From a phage: 64,000 nucleotides of DNA. The stretch lies in the sequence record NC_129898.1. One strand, 5' to 3'. Of the stretch, positions 47,972 to 58,536 are shown piece by piece. Position 1 is the first letter of the stretch, and each line of letters starts with the position of its first letter. The position numbers were made by a program, and so were the translations under genes. The notes beneath the pieces were generated by a model. That model did no database searches. It was given only the letters and a program-made list of their open reading frames with translations, and was not told the origin of the DNA.

Positions 47972-49132
47972 ACCCATGCTTGTTACTTTGCCGTCTGTTG
48001 AACCTGTCACTTTACGATTTAGTGGAACAGAAACAAAGTCAGGATAAATCCGCTCTGCAGAGCATTCTAGAGCCAATCGTTTCAAATCGTAGTTAGGATC
48101 CCCAGGGTTCATGTTGACACCCTCCTCTAAGAAGAACAGCACTTTAGGAAACACAGGGGTGATCCGTTCTTCACCAAGACCCATTTTGTGGACTTTCAAG
48201 TAGTTTTTGGTAATCATTCTACCAAAGACCGAGGTATCCAGTCCTAAACTTAATGTGATGAATGGAGTTTGCCCGTTGACAGAAGTTAACGTATTGATTT
48301 GGTAGAGCAAAGTTTGCATACTATCAAACACGTCTTTATCTGTCATTTGCATTGCAACAGTCTCAGCATCTGGCAACCAATGCTCCTGACAAAATTTAAG
48401 GTTCTTCTCATAGGTTGCTTCAGCATACTGTGCCAGATAATGATCAATATGGCTCATGGTTTGACCACCATATTGAGCACTAGCTACTGCACTAGAGATT
48501 TGGCTAAGGATTGTTGTTGCAACCCCTATTGACTTCGGCTTACTGACATGGGCGTTGCCAATGTTGAATCCGTTTTCCAGCATATCCGGATAATTTACCA
48601 AACAACAGTTTGTTAACGGACTGATCAGGTAGTCAAGATCATGCACATGGATGAAGCCTTTGTTGTGCTCTTCGGAGACACGGTCTGGCAGGATCTGTGT
48701 TGATGCAAGATGTTTGCTAAGGATGCCTGCAAGCAGGTCACGATGAGTGTGTACATGATTAGTAGGCTTATTTGCGTTTTCTTTTGTAAATTCATCACAA
48801 GTACGATCCAAGAAGCCACTAATATCTGCAAGCAGTTTTCCACCTGCCTCTCTGTTATTATCTCTTGTCTGTCTATACTGGATGTATTCTCTGGCTGCAC
48901 ATTTTAAACCCATATCCATAAGAGCATCTTCAACAAGGATATGGATATTTTTTACAGAGATCGTGCACTGGTCGGTTGGCAGATTGTTGGCAACAACTTC
49001 ATTAACCGCACAGGCAATCCGGTAAGCTTCTTCTTCAGTATGTCCAGACTCAAGTAAGGCGGACTCTGCCGCCTTGATCACCTTAATTCCGTTATAAAAC
49101 TCTTCTCTACCGTCCCGTTTTACAACTTTCAC
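47972..49132 (-). CDS. nrdD: anaerobic ribonucleoside-triphosphate reductase, exon 1
   Basis: ATP-cone-like N-terminus MKVVKRDGREEF; frame stops 3 codons after inferred splice point. Confidence 0.8.
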
Positions 49133-49407
49133 TTTTTCTCTCCAAAACCATTCTTAACAAAAGAGATGAAATCGTCAGCACCACCTATGTGGATACTGTC
49201 AAGGTTGCTTTCCAAGAAGATCTGAGGCAACGTTCTGGGAACAAATGGGCTACACTTCTCGATAAGCTCTTCTTTTGTGTATCCCTCACCTAGCGTCTTG
49301 TATACGAAAGGTATGCCTTTGCTGACTGCAAATTCTTTTGCTCTTACACAATGTGGGCAGTTATCCTTGCCGTAAATGATGATGAAAAAAGATTTTTCGC
49401 AGCTCAT
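49129..49407 (-). CDS. glutaredoxin-like protein
   Basis: Active site YGKDNCPHC; between nrdB and nrdD. Confidence 0.75.
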   Translation of the reverse strand: MSCEKSFFIIIYGKDNCPHCVRAKEFAVSKGIPFVYKTLGEGYTKEELIEKCSPFVPRTLPQIFLESNLDSIHIGGADDFISFVKNGFGEKK

Positions 49408-49410
49408 ATA

Positions 49411-50499
49411 TTAAAACTCCCAAATTTCTTCTTCAGCGTCGTTAACGGTTGTGTTGACGCGGTAGTCGGTGTTAGACATTTCCTGGTTAGCCGTCTGTTG
49501 CAGTGAAGGTTTCATCCACACCTGCATAAACGGTAGCGGGTCCTTTGTTGGCGGCACAAAGTCTTTGTCGATGTCGTAATAATCATAAATCGGTGAGCAG
49601 TTATAGTCAACCCATTCTTTAAGCAACGGGGAATTAAGACCTATAATCGCTCTTCCTTCGCTGAAAATATAGTCACTCCAACCGTACTCCTTGGTCCGCA
49701 CTTCGTCAAGAATTTCTTTTAACTCACCCTTAATCTCAAGAAAGCTTTGCTCCCATGCAGGATCATCAAGCAGGATATCGATGATAGCAAAATCACCTTT
49801 CGAATGCAGCATTTCATCAAGCATAATTTTTTGAACAAGTTGTGCCACTTGAACAAAAATACCTTGCTCAGCTACTGCGAACGTACATGCAAAACTTGCA
49901 ATAAACTCAATACTTTCTAGAGCTAAAAGTGCAAAAAGTGCTCTAAGGATACATTTCCGTACAACATCTTCTTCAACACTGGAAGGATCCAGTCGGTATT
50001 TTGCACCAATAACCTCAAGCTCTTGCATATATTTGACAATAACTCCAGATCTGCTCAGCACGTTCTGGTTTTCCTGAATCTCTTCTATAATCTCGCGAGC
50101 ATTAGGAAGGCATTGTCTAACAATCTCTGAGTAAGTTAGTGCATGAAGAACCTCAATCTCAGACTGCTTCATCAACAAGGTGAAAAGCTCACTGTTGGTG
50201 ATAAATGGTGAAAACAGACAAATGATAGATCTTGCTGCAACACTGTCTGCCTCCCATTGCCACATCAGTGTCTGCACCATCACATCGTAAGTTGACTTTG
50301 AGCATGTTACGAAATCAGAAATAGACTGTGACAAATCTACTTCGTCCTCTGCCCAATCTTGTTCTTTTTGTTTTTTGTATAGTTCAAACAGCTGTGGATA
50401 CTTTTTGTTAATAGAGTCGTACATCCCCATCTGCTGTCCTAGAAACAGCGGATAATCACCAGTTTTATGAGCAGTGTTCTCAGTATTAAATACGGACAT
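49411..50499 (-). CDS. nrdB: ribonucleotide reductase small subunit (class Ia)
   Basis: Ferritin-like helices; directly downstream of nrdA. Confidence 0.8.
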   Translation of the reverse strand: MSVFNTENTAHKTGDYPLFLGQQMGMYDSINKKYPQLFELYKKQKEQDWAEDEVDLSQSISDFVTCSKSTYDVMVQTLMWQWEADSVAARSIICLFSPFITNSELFTLLMKQSEIEVLHALTYSEIVRQCLPNAREIIEEIQENQNVLSRSGVIVKYMQELEVIGAKYRLDPSSVEEDVVRKCILRALFALLALESIEFIASFACTFAVAEQGIFVQVAQLVQKIMLDEMLHSKGDFAIIDILLDDPAWEQSFLEIKGELKEILDEVRTKEYGWSDYIFSEGRAIIGLNSPLLKEWVDYNCSPIYDYYDIDKDFVPPTKDPLPFMQVWMKPSLQQTANQEMSNTDYRVNTTVNDAEEEIWEF

Positions 50500-50537
50500 T
50501 ATTCTACCTCTAAAATGGGGCCGAAGCCCCTTTTAAA

Positions 50538-52853
50538 TTACAGTGCACAACTTTCGCAATACGGATCTTCAACTGAACTATCTGCAATCAAAGGATAGTT
50601 CTTTCTGGTTTCATCTTCAGCCTGTTTCTTCGCGTGAAGCTCCTCTGTCAAAGAGTCACCAGCACCAACCCGAGAGTTTAAGTAATACCATGTCTTCATC
50701 CCGAATTTAGTAGCACGGATAAGATACCCAAGCTGCTCCTTCATTGAAATTTTACCATCTTTCAACTTGGTGTAATCAATATATAGGTCAGCACTGATTG
50801 CCTGTCCTGTGAATTTTTGAATCACAGCATACATATCAATCATGTCGTTAGTATCAACGTCCCAAGCCGAGGTATAATACTCTTTCAGTTCATCATATTC
50901 AGGAACGATAAACAGCACCTGCCCTTGTGGTGACTTTTTAAAGATAATGTGTTCACGGACAGGATAAACCCCGTTAGTGGTGTTTGTTGCCAACGAAGAG
51001 CTTTCATTAGGCATGTATGCTTCAAGAACGCTATTACGTAGTCCACCGTTTTCAATAATTTCTTTACGTAACCCTTCCCAATCCTGCTTAAGAGAAGGAT
51101 CTTTCACCACACTATCGACCTCTTTGTTATAAGTGTCGATTGGTAACCAACCATCTGGGTATTTTGTTTTATGCATCCACTCGCAGACACCACGCTCTTT
51201 TGCCAATCGTAAACTTGCCTTATGCAAGCTGTAGCTGTGGAGCTCTGCAAGATCGTGAACAAGCTGTTTACTTTCAGGAGATCCGTAAGCAACCTTGTGG
51301 CTGGCAATAAAATGTGCAACATTGGTAAGGCCAACCCCGATGGATCTGCGTTTTTTAACAGTGCTCTCCATATTTTCATACGGATATGTCATGATTTCCA
51401 TAACATTGTCAATCATAAGCACAGTGTAGTATGCAACATCCTCATACTCCTCTGGGGTAACCCTTCCCGCTACAAGAGATGACAGGAAGCACAATGCAAC
51501 TTCGCCATCATCAACATCGTACTTGAAGATATTACGCATATCTGAATAGCCTTTTGTCGGGAGGGCTATTTCTGCACACAGGTTACTTGAATAGATTACA
51601 TCTTTAAAAGGTGTATGTCTATTCATCTCATCTGTCCAGTACACATACAATCTGCCAACCTCGGTACGCTGAGTGATCAGTTCAACAGCAAGGTCTCTAG
51701 CACGGATCCATGTTTTAGGAATGCTGTCATCTTTAGCAATACGATCAACCTCTGCATCAAACTCCTCCATAGACATGGTGAAGATACCCTCGTGCAGTTG
51801 AGGCGCGTGCTTATAGGAAACAAGCATCCAATCTAAATTCTTAGCCACACGGTTGATAAATGACCTATTAATACCTATAGAGTAGTCCATGGTGTTGATT
51901 CTTTTTGAAGCAACAGTCATAGGGTTTCTCAAACGGATTAGCTCATCAATCTGTGGGTCTAGCGCAAGAAATGATACCGTTGCCGAACCTCCGCGTGATT
52001 GTTGTCTATTCTCCTTAACCCCAGCATCAATACCTCGATAATATGGAAGCTTACCCATATGTTTAATAGTGTTACCACGAACACCATCACCTGCAGATCT
52101 TGATGATAAATAGTAGCCAATACCTGCTTGGTTAACCGTCATTGTGTACGCAACTTCACGTGCCACACCAATAGATTTTGCTGTATCGTCAGCTTTTATT
52201 ACACAACAAGATGCATACCCTGTCTTACCTGTGCGTAGACCGTTTAAGTACGGTGTCGGGGCATTGATCTTTAAGTCTGACAGATAAGTGTATAATTTTA
52301 CAACATCGTCAATACGGCGTTCTTTCGGCATATTTTTCATGACAGCCATCGCTATCCCCATGAACATCATCTGTGGGGATTCGAACAGGGTGTCTTTAAG
52401 AGTATCCTTGATCCCGTATTTGTCTCGAAACTGTTTAAGGACTGCATAGCCATAACCAAGGTCTTTACTGTGATCAATAACAGTGTCTAAAGTGTTTAAC
52501 TCGGTAAAGCTATAACCCATATCCTCCCAATACCCTTTATCAACCATGGTGTTGTAAAATGATGGTAAGGAAGGGATCTTTGTAAATCCTCCAAAAGCCT
52601 CTTTATAAATCTGACCGATAAGAACACGACCAGCCATACGAGAATGTGCTTCGTCCTTACGGCTAACACAGGAGTCTATAATAGCTTGGTTAACTTCTTT
52701 GGTTGTGCATCCATCATACAGCCGTTTGTATGCATCAAGTGCAATATGTGACCAATTGCCGTTACCGTCGTCACCGAAAATAGCTGCCTTATTTAAACGT
52801 TCCGGATCGAATGCCACTTCACATCCGTTGCTTTTAATTACCTTGGTGATCAA
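50538..52853 (-). CDS. nrdA: ribonucleotide reductase large subunit (class Ia)
   Basis: SSNLCAEIALPT active-site region; C-terminal CESCAL tail; aligns to E. coli NrdA. Confidence 0.9.
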   Translation of the reverse strand: MITKVIKSNGCEVAFDPERLNKAAIFGDDGNGNWSHIALDAYKRLYDGCTTKEVNQAIIDSCVSRKDEAHSRMAGRVLIGQIYKEAFGGFTKIPSLPSFYNTMVDKGYWEDMGYSFTELNTLDTVIDHSKDLGYGYAVLKQFRDKYGIKDTLKDTLFESPQMMFMGIAMAVMKNMPKERRIDDVVKLYTYLSDLKINAPTPYLNGLRTGKTGYASCCVIKADDTAKSIGVAREVAYTMTVNQAGIGYYLSSRSAGDGVRGNTIKHMGKLPYYRGIDAGVKENRQQSRGGSATVSFLALDPQIDELIRLRNPMTVASKRINTMDYSIGINRSFINRVAKNLDWMLVSYKHAPQLHEGIFTMSMEEFDAEVDRIAKDDSIPKTWIRARDLAVELITQRTEVGRLYVYWTDEMNRHTPFKDVIYSSNLCAEIALPTKGYSDMRNIFKYDVDDGEVALCFLSSLVAGRVTPEEYEDVAYYTVLMIDNVMEIMTYPYENMESTVKKRRSIGVGLTNVAHFIASHKVAYGSPESKQLVHDLAELHSYSLHKASLRLAKERGVCEWMHKTKYPDGWLPIDTYNKEVDSVVKDPSLKQDWEGLRKEIIENGGLRNSVLEAYMPNESSSLATNTTNGVYPVREHIIFKKSPQGQVLFIVPEYDELKEYYTSAWDVDTNDMIDMYAVIQKFTGQAISADLYIDYTKLKDGKISMKEQLGYLIRATKFGMKTWYYLNSRVGAGDSLTEELHAKKQAEDETRKNYPLIADSSVEDPYCESCAL

Positions 52854-53158
52854 TTTGCTTCCTCCACTTCATCAACGTATTTATCAAGGCAGGTATCAGT
52901 ATCTTGTTGGATAAAGGTATCCTCTTCTACGGAGATATTTATAATTTTACCTGTATACTCGTCATAATAAACATCATCATACATTTTAATATCATTTGTC
53001 AGGCCGTTGAACCAAAGCCAACCAACATACTCTGACCGACTTGCAAAACCAAGATCCTTCCACTTGGAGTTATGACTCATCTTCACCACCTTAGCTTTCA
53101 ATACCGAATAATTTTTCCAGGCGATGCAGATCTTCAAAATTGAAAGGTTCATCAACAA
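52850..53158 (-). CDS. hypothetical protein
   Basis: ORF overlapping nrdA start. Confidence 0.4.
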   Translation of the reverse strand: MLMNLSILKICIAWKNYSVLKAKVVKMSHNSKWKDLGFASRSEYVGWLWFNGLTNDIKMYDDVYYDEYTGKIINISVEEDTFIQQDTDTCLDKYVDEVEEAN

Positions 53159-53591
53159 TATGAATATCTTCAGCCTTTTCAGATTGTTTTGTATACTTTC
53201 TTACATTAACACGATCTTCTACAGGGATATCATACGGAAGATCTTGAACAAGCATTGCCTCACCGGGTGCTTTATCTACATCTAAAATATCTACACCGTT
53301 ATACATTTGCGGGTATCTAAAGTCTGCACGCATGACACCAGCAAATACATCTGCCTTTCGATAATGGGTTGGCTTATTTTTGCATCGAACGTTTTTTCCA
53401 CGAAGAACATCAATATTTTTTAAATCAAACCCTACAGCAAAGAGTGCAGCTCGGAGACCGTTTCGTGTGCGAACGTTAAATCCGGGAACAGTAGATAGGA
53501 AATCTAAAGTAACTGAAATAAATGTCTTTTTAGGAATCATAACATTACTCATATCTGTCTCCATTTCTGGCTCACCAACAAAGTGAGCCAT
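53091..53591 (-). CDS. hypothetical protein (166 aa)
   Basis: ORF between thyX and nrdA; no recognisable motif. Confidence 0.45.
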   Translation of the reverse strand: MAHFVGEPEMETDMSNVMIPKKTFISVTLDFLSTVPGFNVRTRNGLRAALFAVGFDLKNIDVLRGKNVRCKNKPTHYRKADVFAGVMRADFRYPQMYNGVDILDVDKAPGEAMLVQDLPYDIPVEDRVNVRKYTKQSEKAEDIHIVDEPFNFEDLHRLEKLFGIES

Positions 53592-53650
53592 TATTATAGA
53601 TTATCTGATGCTATTAGTCAACACAAAAGTTACCTATCGCTGTGATAGGA

Positions 53651-54634
53651 TTAACCTTTCATGAAGTGGTTATTAAGCAGCTGTCTGTGCTGAACCCACC
53701 CACAAAAGTTGGCAGACCAGAATTTACCATCACGGTCTTGATGGGTTACACCTTCCTGCCAAACACAGCTGTCCTGTGTGATTTCACATGAAGACAGGTA
53801 GTAGTTTAAACGTTCCATTGCGTTATCGTGATCCATAGGTGTTGCCTGGTGCTCGTAGGGGCTTGCATGAATACGATCCCCACCAATCAATTTTTTAGCC
53901 ACACTGTCTGCCTTTTCAAACGTGCTGTCAATATTTCGATAAGATACTTGTGCACAGCAACTAGCACTAATAGACAGAGCTTCTTTAGTATCGAGAATGC
54001 AGAGCTTTCCTTCTGTGTCACGTACAGCGTAGTTAAACTCTCCGTCCAAATAAACATGCTCTACATATGGGGTGTGCCATTGACCCGGTTTAAGGATTTC
54101 AGGAGTGCTATTCATAATAGCATCCTGCATGCAATTAGCCAACATCTGAATCGTAGGATCCGCATCGTGCCAGCAACGTAGGTGGAAAAAATTATTCCAC
54201 TCGGTGCTTGTTACAACTGTTTTCATGCGCTGAAACGGCTCTACTAAGCGGTTACATACTTGCTTATGGTAACCAGCAAGGGCGAACTTCTCTGCATGCC
54301 AAGCGGCGTTTTTTGCAGCTTCTTTCCAAAACTCTTCAGGGGTCATCTCCATGTCAGTGTATTCTACACGGATCTTTTGATCGTGTTCCCCTCCATCTTC
54401 CATTCCTCGCTTATTTACACCGAAGCGAACTGGCATTGCCGGATTCTCAACAATCTGCTGCAGCATCTTGCTGACAGGCACTGCACGAGAAGACATGGCG
54501 TTTCGGCTGAACATTCGATGTGTCATAAGCTCTGAGTGAATAATTCGAGGATATTCTAGCTCAAAAGTAGTGATACGCTTACCTTTCTCGGAAATGCTGT
54601 CGGCAATAATCTTTGCAGTGCACAGTTTTAGCAT
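53651..54634 (-). CDS. thyX: flavin-dependent thymidylate synthase
   Basis: ThyX signature region ELMTHRMFSRNAMSSR (variant of RHRx7S). Confidence 0.7.
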   Translation of the reverse strand: MLKLCTAKIIADSISEKGKRITTFELEYPRIIHSELMTHRMFSRNAMSSRAVPVSKMLQQIVENPAMPVRFGVNKRGMEDGGEHDQKIRVEYTDMEMTPEEFWKEAAKNAAWHAEKFALAGYHKQVCNRLVEPFQRMKTVVTSTEWNNFFHLRCWHDADPTIQMLANCMQDAIMNSTPEILKPGQWHTPYVEHVYLDGEFNYAVRDTEGKLCILDTKEALSISASCCAQVSYRNIDSTFEKADSVAKKLIGGDRIHASPYEHQATPMDHDNAMERLNYYLSSCEITQDSCVWQEGVTHQDRDGKFWSANFCGWVQHRQLLNNHFMKG

Positions 54635-54834
54635 TATTTAGCTCTCCTTGTTTTAATTTTGGAAATTTCGTCTGGGTTTATGTTGGCCTTAAATGCAAGG
54701 TATCTGTTAAACATATCGGAGCACATATCTTGGGTGATCCTAGAGGCATACACCAGCTTACCGCCCAGATCATACACCTCTATCCAGTCACCGTATCTGA
54801 CTACAGGATCGCCACCTTTAGAACATCTGCCCAT
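54634..54834 (-). CDS. hypothetical small protein
   Basis: Overlapping start/stop. Confidence 0.4.
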   Translation of the reverse strand: MGRCSKGGDPVVRYGDWIEVYDLGGKLVYASRITQDMCSDMFNRYLAFKANINPDEISKIKTRRAK

Positions 54835-54835
54835 T

Positions 54836-55429
54836 TCAAATACCTTCTAAAAACTTCCCTATTTTATACCAGCTGTTAGCGGTATAGTCAACACTAACCT
54901 TCAACTCCTCGAATTGCTCGTAAGGAGTGTCTTTTAAGATTTTAATAACTTCAGGACGTGAAGCGAATTGATTCAGGTATTCATGCCTGTCGTCAATTAT
55001 AACATCTACAGCCACATTACCTTTGAAATGTGTGGCGTAGAAGCCGTGACCCTGGGTGTGATCGTCCAGATCCATAAAATCGCTGGTCCAACGCTTTAAG
55101 AACCTTGATTTAGATGCAAGGTGACCTTTCTTACATACAGAGATAAATGCAAGCTTGTGACCACGAGCCACCAAATCTTTCATAACCTCAATAGCCCCCT
55201 CTTCAGGCTTAAGAAAGTCGTAGAGGAACGGGTCACTCCAGAAATCAAAAGGCCCTATGATGTTTTCTTTGGGGCGATCAGGCCAATACTTTGACAGATC
55301 GTAATACATCAGTCCGTTAGAAGGTTTAGCGACTGTCTTGCTGGCTGGGCCATACAAACGCTCTAGCCATTCCCACCATGCTGTTCCTGAGTCTACCAGT
55401 GTTAAATCTACATCAATTCCGATCAGCAT
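54836..55429 (-). CDS. HAD-superfamily phosphatase (probable 5'-nucleotidase)
   Basis: HAD motif I IGIDVDLTLVD and motif IV-like VIIDDR. Confidence 0.6.
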   Translation of the reverse strand: MLIGIDVDLTLVDSGTAWWEWLERLYGPASKTVAKPSNGLMYYDLSKYWPDRPKENIIGPFDFWSDPFLYDFLKPEEGAIEVMKDLVARGHKLAFISVCKKGHLASKSRFLKRWTSDFMDLDDHTQGHGFYATHFKGNVAVDVIIDDRHEYLNQFASRPEVIKILKDTPYEQFEELKVSVDYTANSWYKIGKFLEGI

Positions 55430-55434
55430 TGTTC

Positions 55435-56037
55435 TCAGACCTCTTTAGCATCAATATACTTGCACACAATCTCAGATGCGCACTCCCAAGGAGCTCCCTC
55501 AGGGTTAACAACATCAAACTCGATACCTTTTATCCCGTTCTTCTCTAGGCTAAGGTAAGTTCTGGAATCATTTCCCCAATCATATCCTGCACGGTGGATA
55601 CGGAACAGTAGAAGATCGCCACCTGTGCTGTATGCGTACTCGCCAAGGCATGCCAGCTCCTCTTTGAAGCCACCATCGGAGTAAACAACAACCCCTTTAC
55701 CTTCAGGGAAATCTTTCTTCAAGGATGCGACTGCGGCCTTACCGAAAGCATCTTCACCAAAGATAGGTTTAATCAGATTTTCACTACAATGGATCATCCA
55801 TTCTCGCGGAGAAACATGCTTGCCGTCTATCATTAAGAACGGGCACGGTTCTTCTTTGTAGCGGCGATCATAAAGTGCATTCCACAACTGTGGTGAAATA
55901 CCAGCTGCCTTAATTGCCACACTGAATAGCATTTCCTTTACCTCGCGGTGATGCGAGTTTGGAATGGCTTCCAACAAAAGATCTGCGATATGGTCTTTTC
56001 CAGAACTTGGTGGAGCATTAAGAACAATAATATCCAT
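55435..56037 (-). CDS. nucleotide kinase (dNMP kinase-like P-loop protein)
   Basis: N-terminal IIVLNAPPSSGKDHIADL resembles T4 gp1 dNMP kinase P-loop. Confidence 0.5.
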   Translation of the reverse strand: MDIIVLNAPPSSGKDHIADLLLEAIPNSHHREVKEMLFSVAIKAAGISPQLWNALYDRRYKEEPCPFLMIDGKHVSPREWMIHCSENLIKPIFGEDAFGKAAVASLKKDFPEGKGVVVYSDGGFKEELACLGEYAYSTGGDLLLFRIHRAGYDWGNDSRTYLSLEKNGIKGIEFDVVNPEGAPWECASEIVCKYIDAKEV

Positions 56038-56240
56038 TAAAAACCTCCGTGGTATTCTTCAACTGCATCAATAATACTTTTACACTTATCTACCAGTTCG
56101 TTAGCTACTACGGCATCGTCTTCCCAAACAGCCTCCTCAATCTGATCAAGCAGTGATCGCATCTTATTCATCATTTCTGGAACAAAGCTTTCTGAAAAGC
56201 TGTCTGGGATTGTTAACTCTGGTGTCATTGCGGTCTCCAA
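56037..56240 (-). CDS. hypothetical small acidic protein
   Basis: Overlapping start/stop. Confidence 0.4.
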   Translation of the reverse strand: METAMTPELTIPDSFSESFVPEMMNKMRSLLDQIEEAVWEDDAVVANELVDKCKSIIDAVEEYHGGF

Positions 56241-56255
56241 TCATACTGTGCGTTA

Positions 56256-56714
56256 TTAGAAGTTTGTTTTTACACGTCCCTTTTCATCTACTTCGTTGTT
56301 AGCTAAAAGCGTTACAAAGTCTGTAAAACGAACATGAAGAACTCTTTTCTTATCCAGGTATCCTAAAGCCACACCTGAGAAATTTACCATCAAAGGTGCT
56401 AAAGAAGCTCTAGCACTGAAATGCTGCTGTTCCACTCTTCCAACACCCTTAGTATAAGAAGGGTTGAGATTGTAAGTTCTGAATCCAAGTTTTGTTGGAG
56501 CTTTAGAATTAAAAACAACTTTATAACGTTTCTTACTCAGCTTATGTTCCAGAATAAGCATGCCCTTTTCGCCACGGATAAGCTGAAAATCTGTAAAATG
56601 CTCTTTTAAGACAAAAGGTAGTGCCAGCCCCATAGCCTGCCCCCTTTGCACGGCTGTCTCACCAAAAGCTTTTGCATCAGTAAGCTCTTTAGTCAAGTCT
56701 ATACTTTTGATCAT
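56256..56714 (-). CDS. hypothetical protein next to methyltransferase
   Basis: Overlaps 3' end of the methyltransferase gene by 26 nt; weak D-x15-E-H-K pattern. Confidence 0.45.
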   Translation of the reverse strand: MIKSIDLTKELTDAKAFGETAVQRGQAMGLALPFVLKEHFTDFQLIRGEKGMLILEHKLSKKRYKVVFNSKAPTKLGFRTYNLNPSYTKGVGRVEQQHFSARASLAPLMVNFSGVALGYLDKKRVLHVRFTDFVTLLANNEVDEKGRVKTNF

Positions 56715-57525
56715 ACCTGGTCTCCAAAATGTATTGTAGTTCTTTCTTGCCTATACTCTTCATTCCAGCAGTCTTACCTGCTTCTTCTTGAAAAGAAGAA
56801 TAGCATTCAGCAAACACTCTGTCAACACCATCAACTAAAGATTTTATGAAATATGTTGATTCTTCAGATTTTGGGTCATCCTTCCCCAATACTTTTCCAG
56901 CATTATACCCAACACGCCTTATGCAGAAGTCGTAGTCATCTGGTGTACTAAAAGAAAATAGCTTATTCTCCCCAATCTCTACAGGATCCCTATTGCACAC
57001 CTTTTTCTCCCAAATTTGGAAAACACATGGCACGTCATAAGGTTTGCCGTTGAGTAAAAACGAGTTCTTGGGGCACCTTTCGCTGTAAATAAGGTGCATC
57101 GACATGTCCAGTTTGTTTGCAAAAAATATTTTTTCAAATGTCCGTGGCAAGATGAAGGCTATAGCCCCACCAGGCTCTAGCAATGATGCACAGTGGTTAA
57201 AAAACTTGCAAGCTAAAGACGAATTTTTGCCGAATGGAGGATTACCTATGAAGACATCAGCTTTAGGGTACACCTCTAAGAAGTTTGCCTTAATACACGG
57301 TGTTGGGCCTTCAAATTCAGGATCTGGTACCAAATCGTACGACAGTATCTCTGAAAATAGTTTTGAAAAAGAACCCTTTCCAGCAGAAGGCTCAACGTAT
57401 GCACAACTCCCATACTTACCTTTTACTTTACCAACAAGATATTCTGCATACTCAGGGTCTGTGTAATATTTGTCGTTGGACTCTTTCTTGCTCAAGGTGC
57501 CTCCAAAATGAAAAGGGAGGCGCAA
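56689..57525 (-). CDS. DNA N6-adenine methyltransferase (gamma-class)
   Basis: Motif I EPSAGKGSF precedes motif IV GNPPFG. Confidence 0.75.
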   Translation of the reverse strand: MRLPFHFGGTLSKKESNDKYYTDPEYAEYLVGKVKGKYGSCAYVEPSAGKGSFSKLFSEILSYDLVPDPEFEGPTPCIKANFLEVYPKADVFIGNPPFGKNSSLACKFFNHCASLLEPGGAIAFILPRTFEKIFFANKLDMSMHLIYSERCPKNSFLLNGKPYDVPCVFQIWEKKVCNRDPVEIGENKLFSFSTPDDYDFCIRRVGYNAGKVLGKDDPKSEESTYFIKSLVDGVDRVFAECYSSFQEEAGKTAGMKSIGKKELQYILETRYDQKYRLD

Positions 57526-57540
57526 GCCTCCCTCTACTTG

Positions 57541-58524
57541 TCAGATTATCTGAATCAGGGTGTTTTTCATCTCTTCTCGGGTACGGATGTTGTTACGATC
57601 ACGAACAACAGACCCACAACCTTCGCAGCGGTAGGTTTTAAATGCACTCAGTTGAGTATACGCCAAAGCCTCTTCCTCGTGAAGGTGTTCTCCACCACAA
57701 CGTGGGCAACGAACTTTTGACTCCTCATCTTGGTAGTACAACGACATGTTGGGGTGCTGCTTAGCAAACGGACGCGCCAGCAAATACAGTCCTTCCAGAG
57801 ACAAGATGTCCCCAACATTATACTCCCGCATCTGTTTAAACGCCTCAAGATCACCATGAACACACTTGATCCACATTTCAAATGTGTGGTCAATTAGTTT
57901 CTGTCTGGCCAGTTGGAAGTATTTACATGCATACTCTAACGTGTTTGCATTCAAACGGAATGCCTTTTTAATCATCTTGAGGGTGTCAACCTCTTTGTAT
58001 GGGCTTGTTGGCGGCAAACCGTGAAATGCAAATCGTTGGTTAGCCCACCCACAGTCAAAACCAGAGTTGTGTGCTACTGCGACATCACATTTATCCAAAT
58101 AATACCACAAATCTTGAATCAGCTCAAGATCGTTGTGGATATCCTCGCCCCACATTTTGTAATCAGGAAGAGCACAGTCAACCACGCTAGGGCTGTCTAA
58201 CCATTTACCTGCGAAAGTTAGCATATAGGGCATAATTTCAATACCGCAGGTTTGAATGTTGGTCTTATAATGCCCAAAGAACCAGCCGTTTGTTGGGGAT
58301 GTCTCTGTATCATACACCCAAACTTTAGCACCTTTGTGTTCTTCAAGGAAGCGCTCCGTTGCCTCTCCTACAATCTCTGACATATTCTCTTGTGCACGTT
58401 TAAGCTGTAGCCGGATCCAGCTCTCACGTGACTCACTACCTAAAAATTCACGAGCAATTTGTCTATTAGTGTATCCCTGTTGCTTCAGTGTTAAAATTTG
58501 CTCAAGAGTTAACTTTGTCATCAT
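57541..58524 (-). CDS. DnaQ-like 3'-5' exonuclease with N-terminal HTH and C-terminal zinc ribbon
   Basis: Exo I VWVYDTETS, Exo II HNSGFDCGW, Exo III YNVGD; CPRCGG...CEGCG. Confidence 0.6.
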   Translation of the reverse strand: MMTKLTLEQILTLKQQGYTNRQIAREFLGSESRESWIRLQLKRAQENMSEIVGEATERFLEEHKGAKVWVYDTETSPTNGWFFGHYKTNIQTCGIEIMPYMLTFAGKWLDSPSVVDCALPDYKMWGEDIHNDLELIQDLWYYLDKCDVAVAHNSGFDCGWANQRFAFHGLPPTSPYKEVDTLKMIKKAFRLNANTLEYACKYFQLARQKLIDHTFEMWIKCVHGDLEAFKQMREYNVGDILSLEGLYLLARPFAKQHPNMSLYYQDEESKVRCPRCGGEHLHEEEALAYTQLSAFKTYRCEGCGSVVRDRNNIRTREEMKNTLIQII

Positions 58525-58536
58525 CGTTAAGATTCC

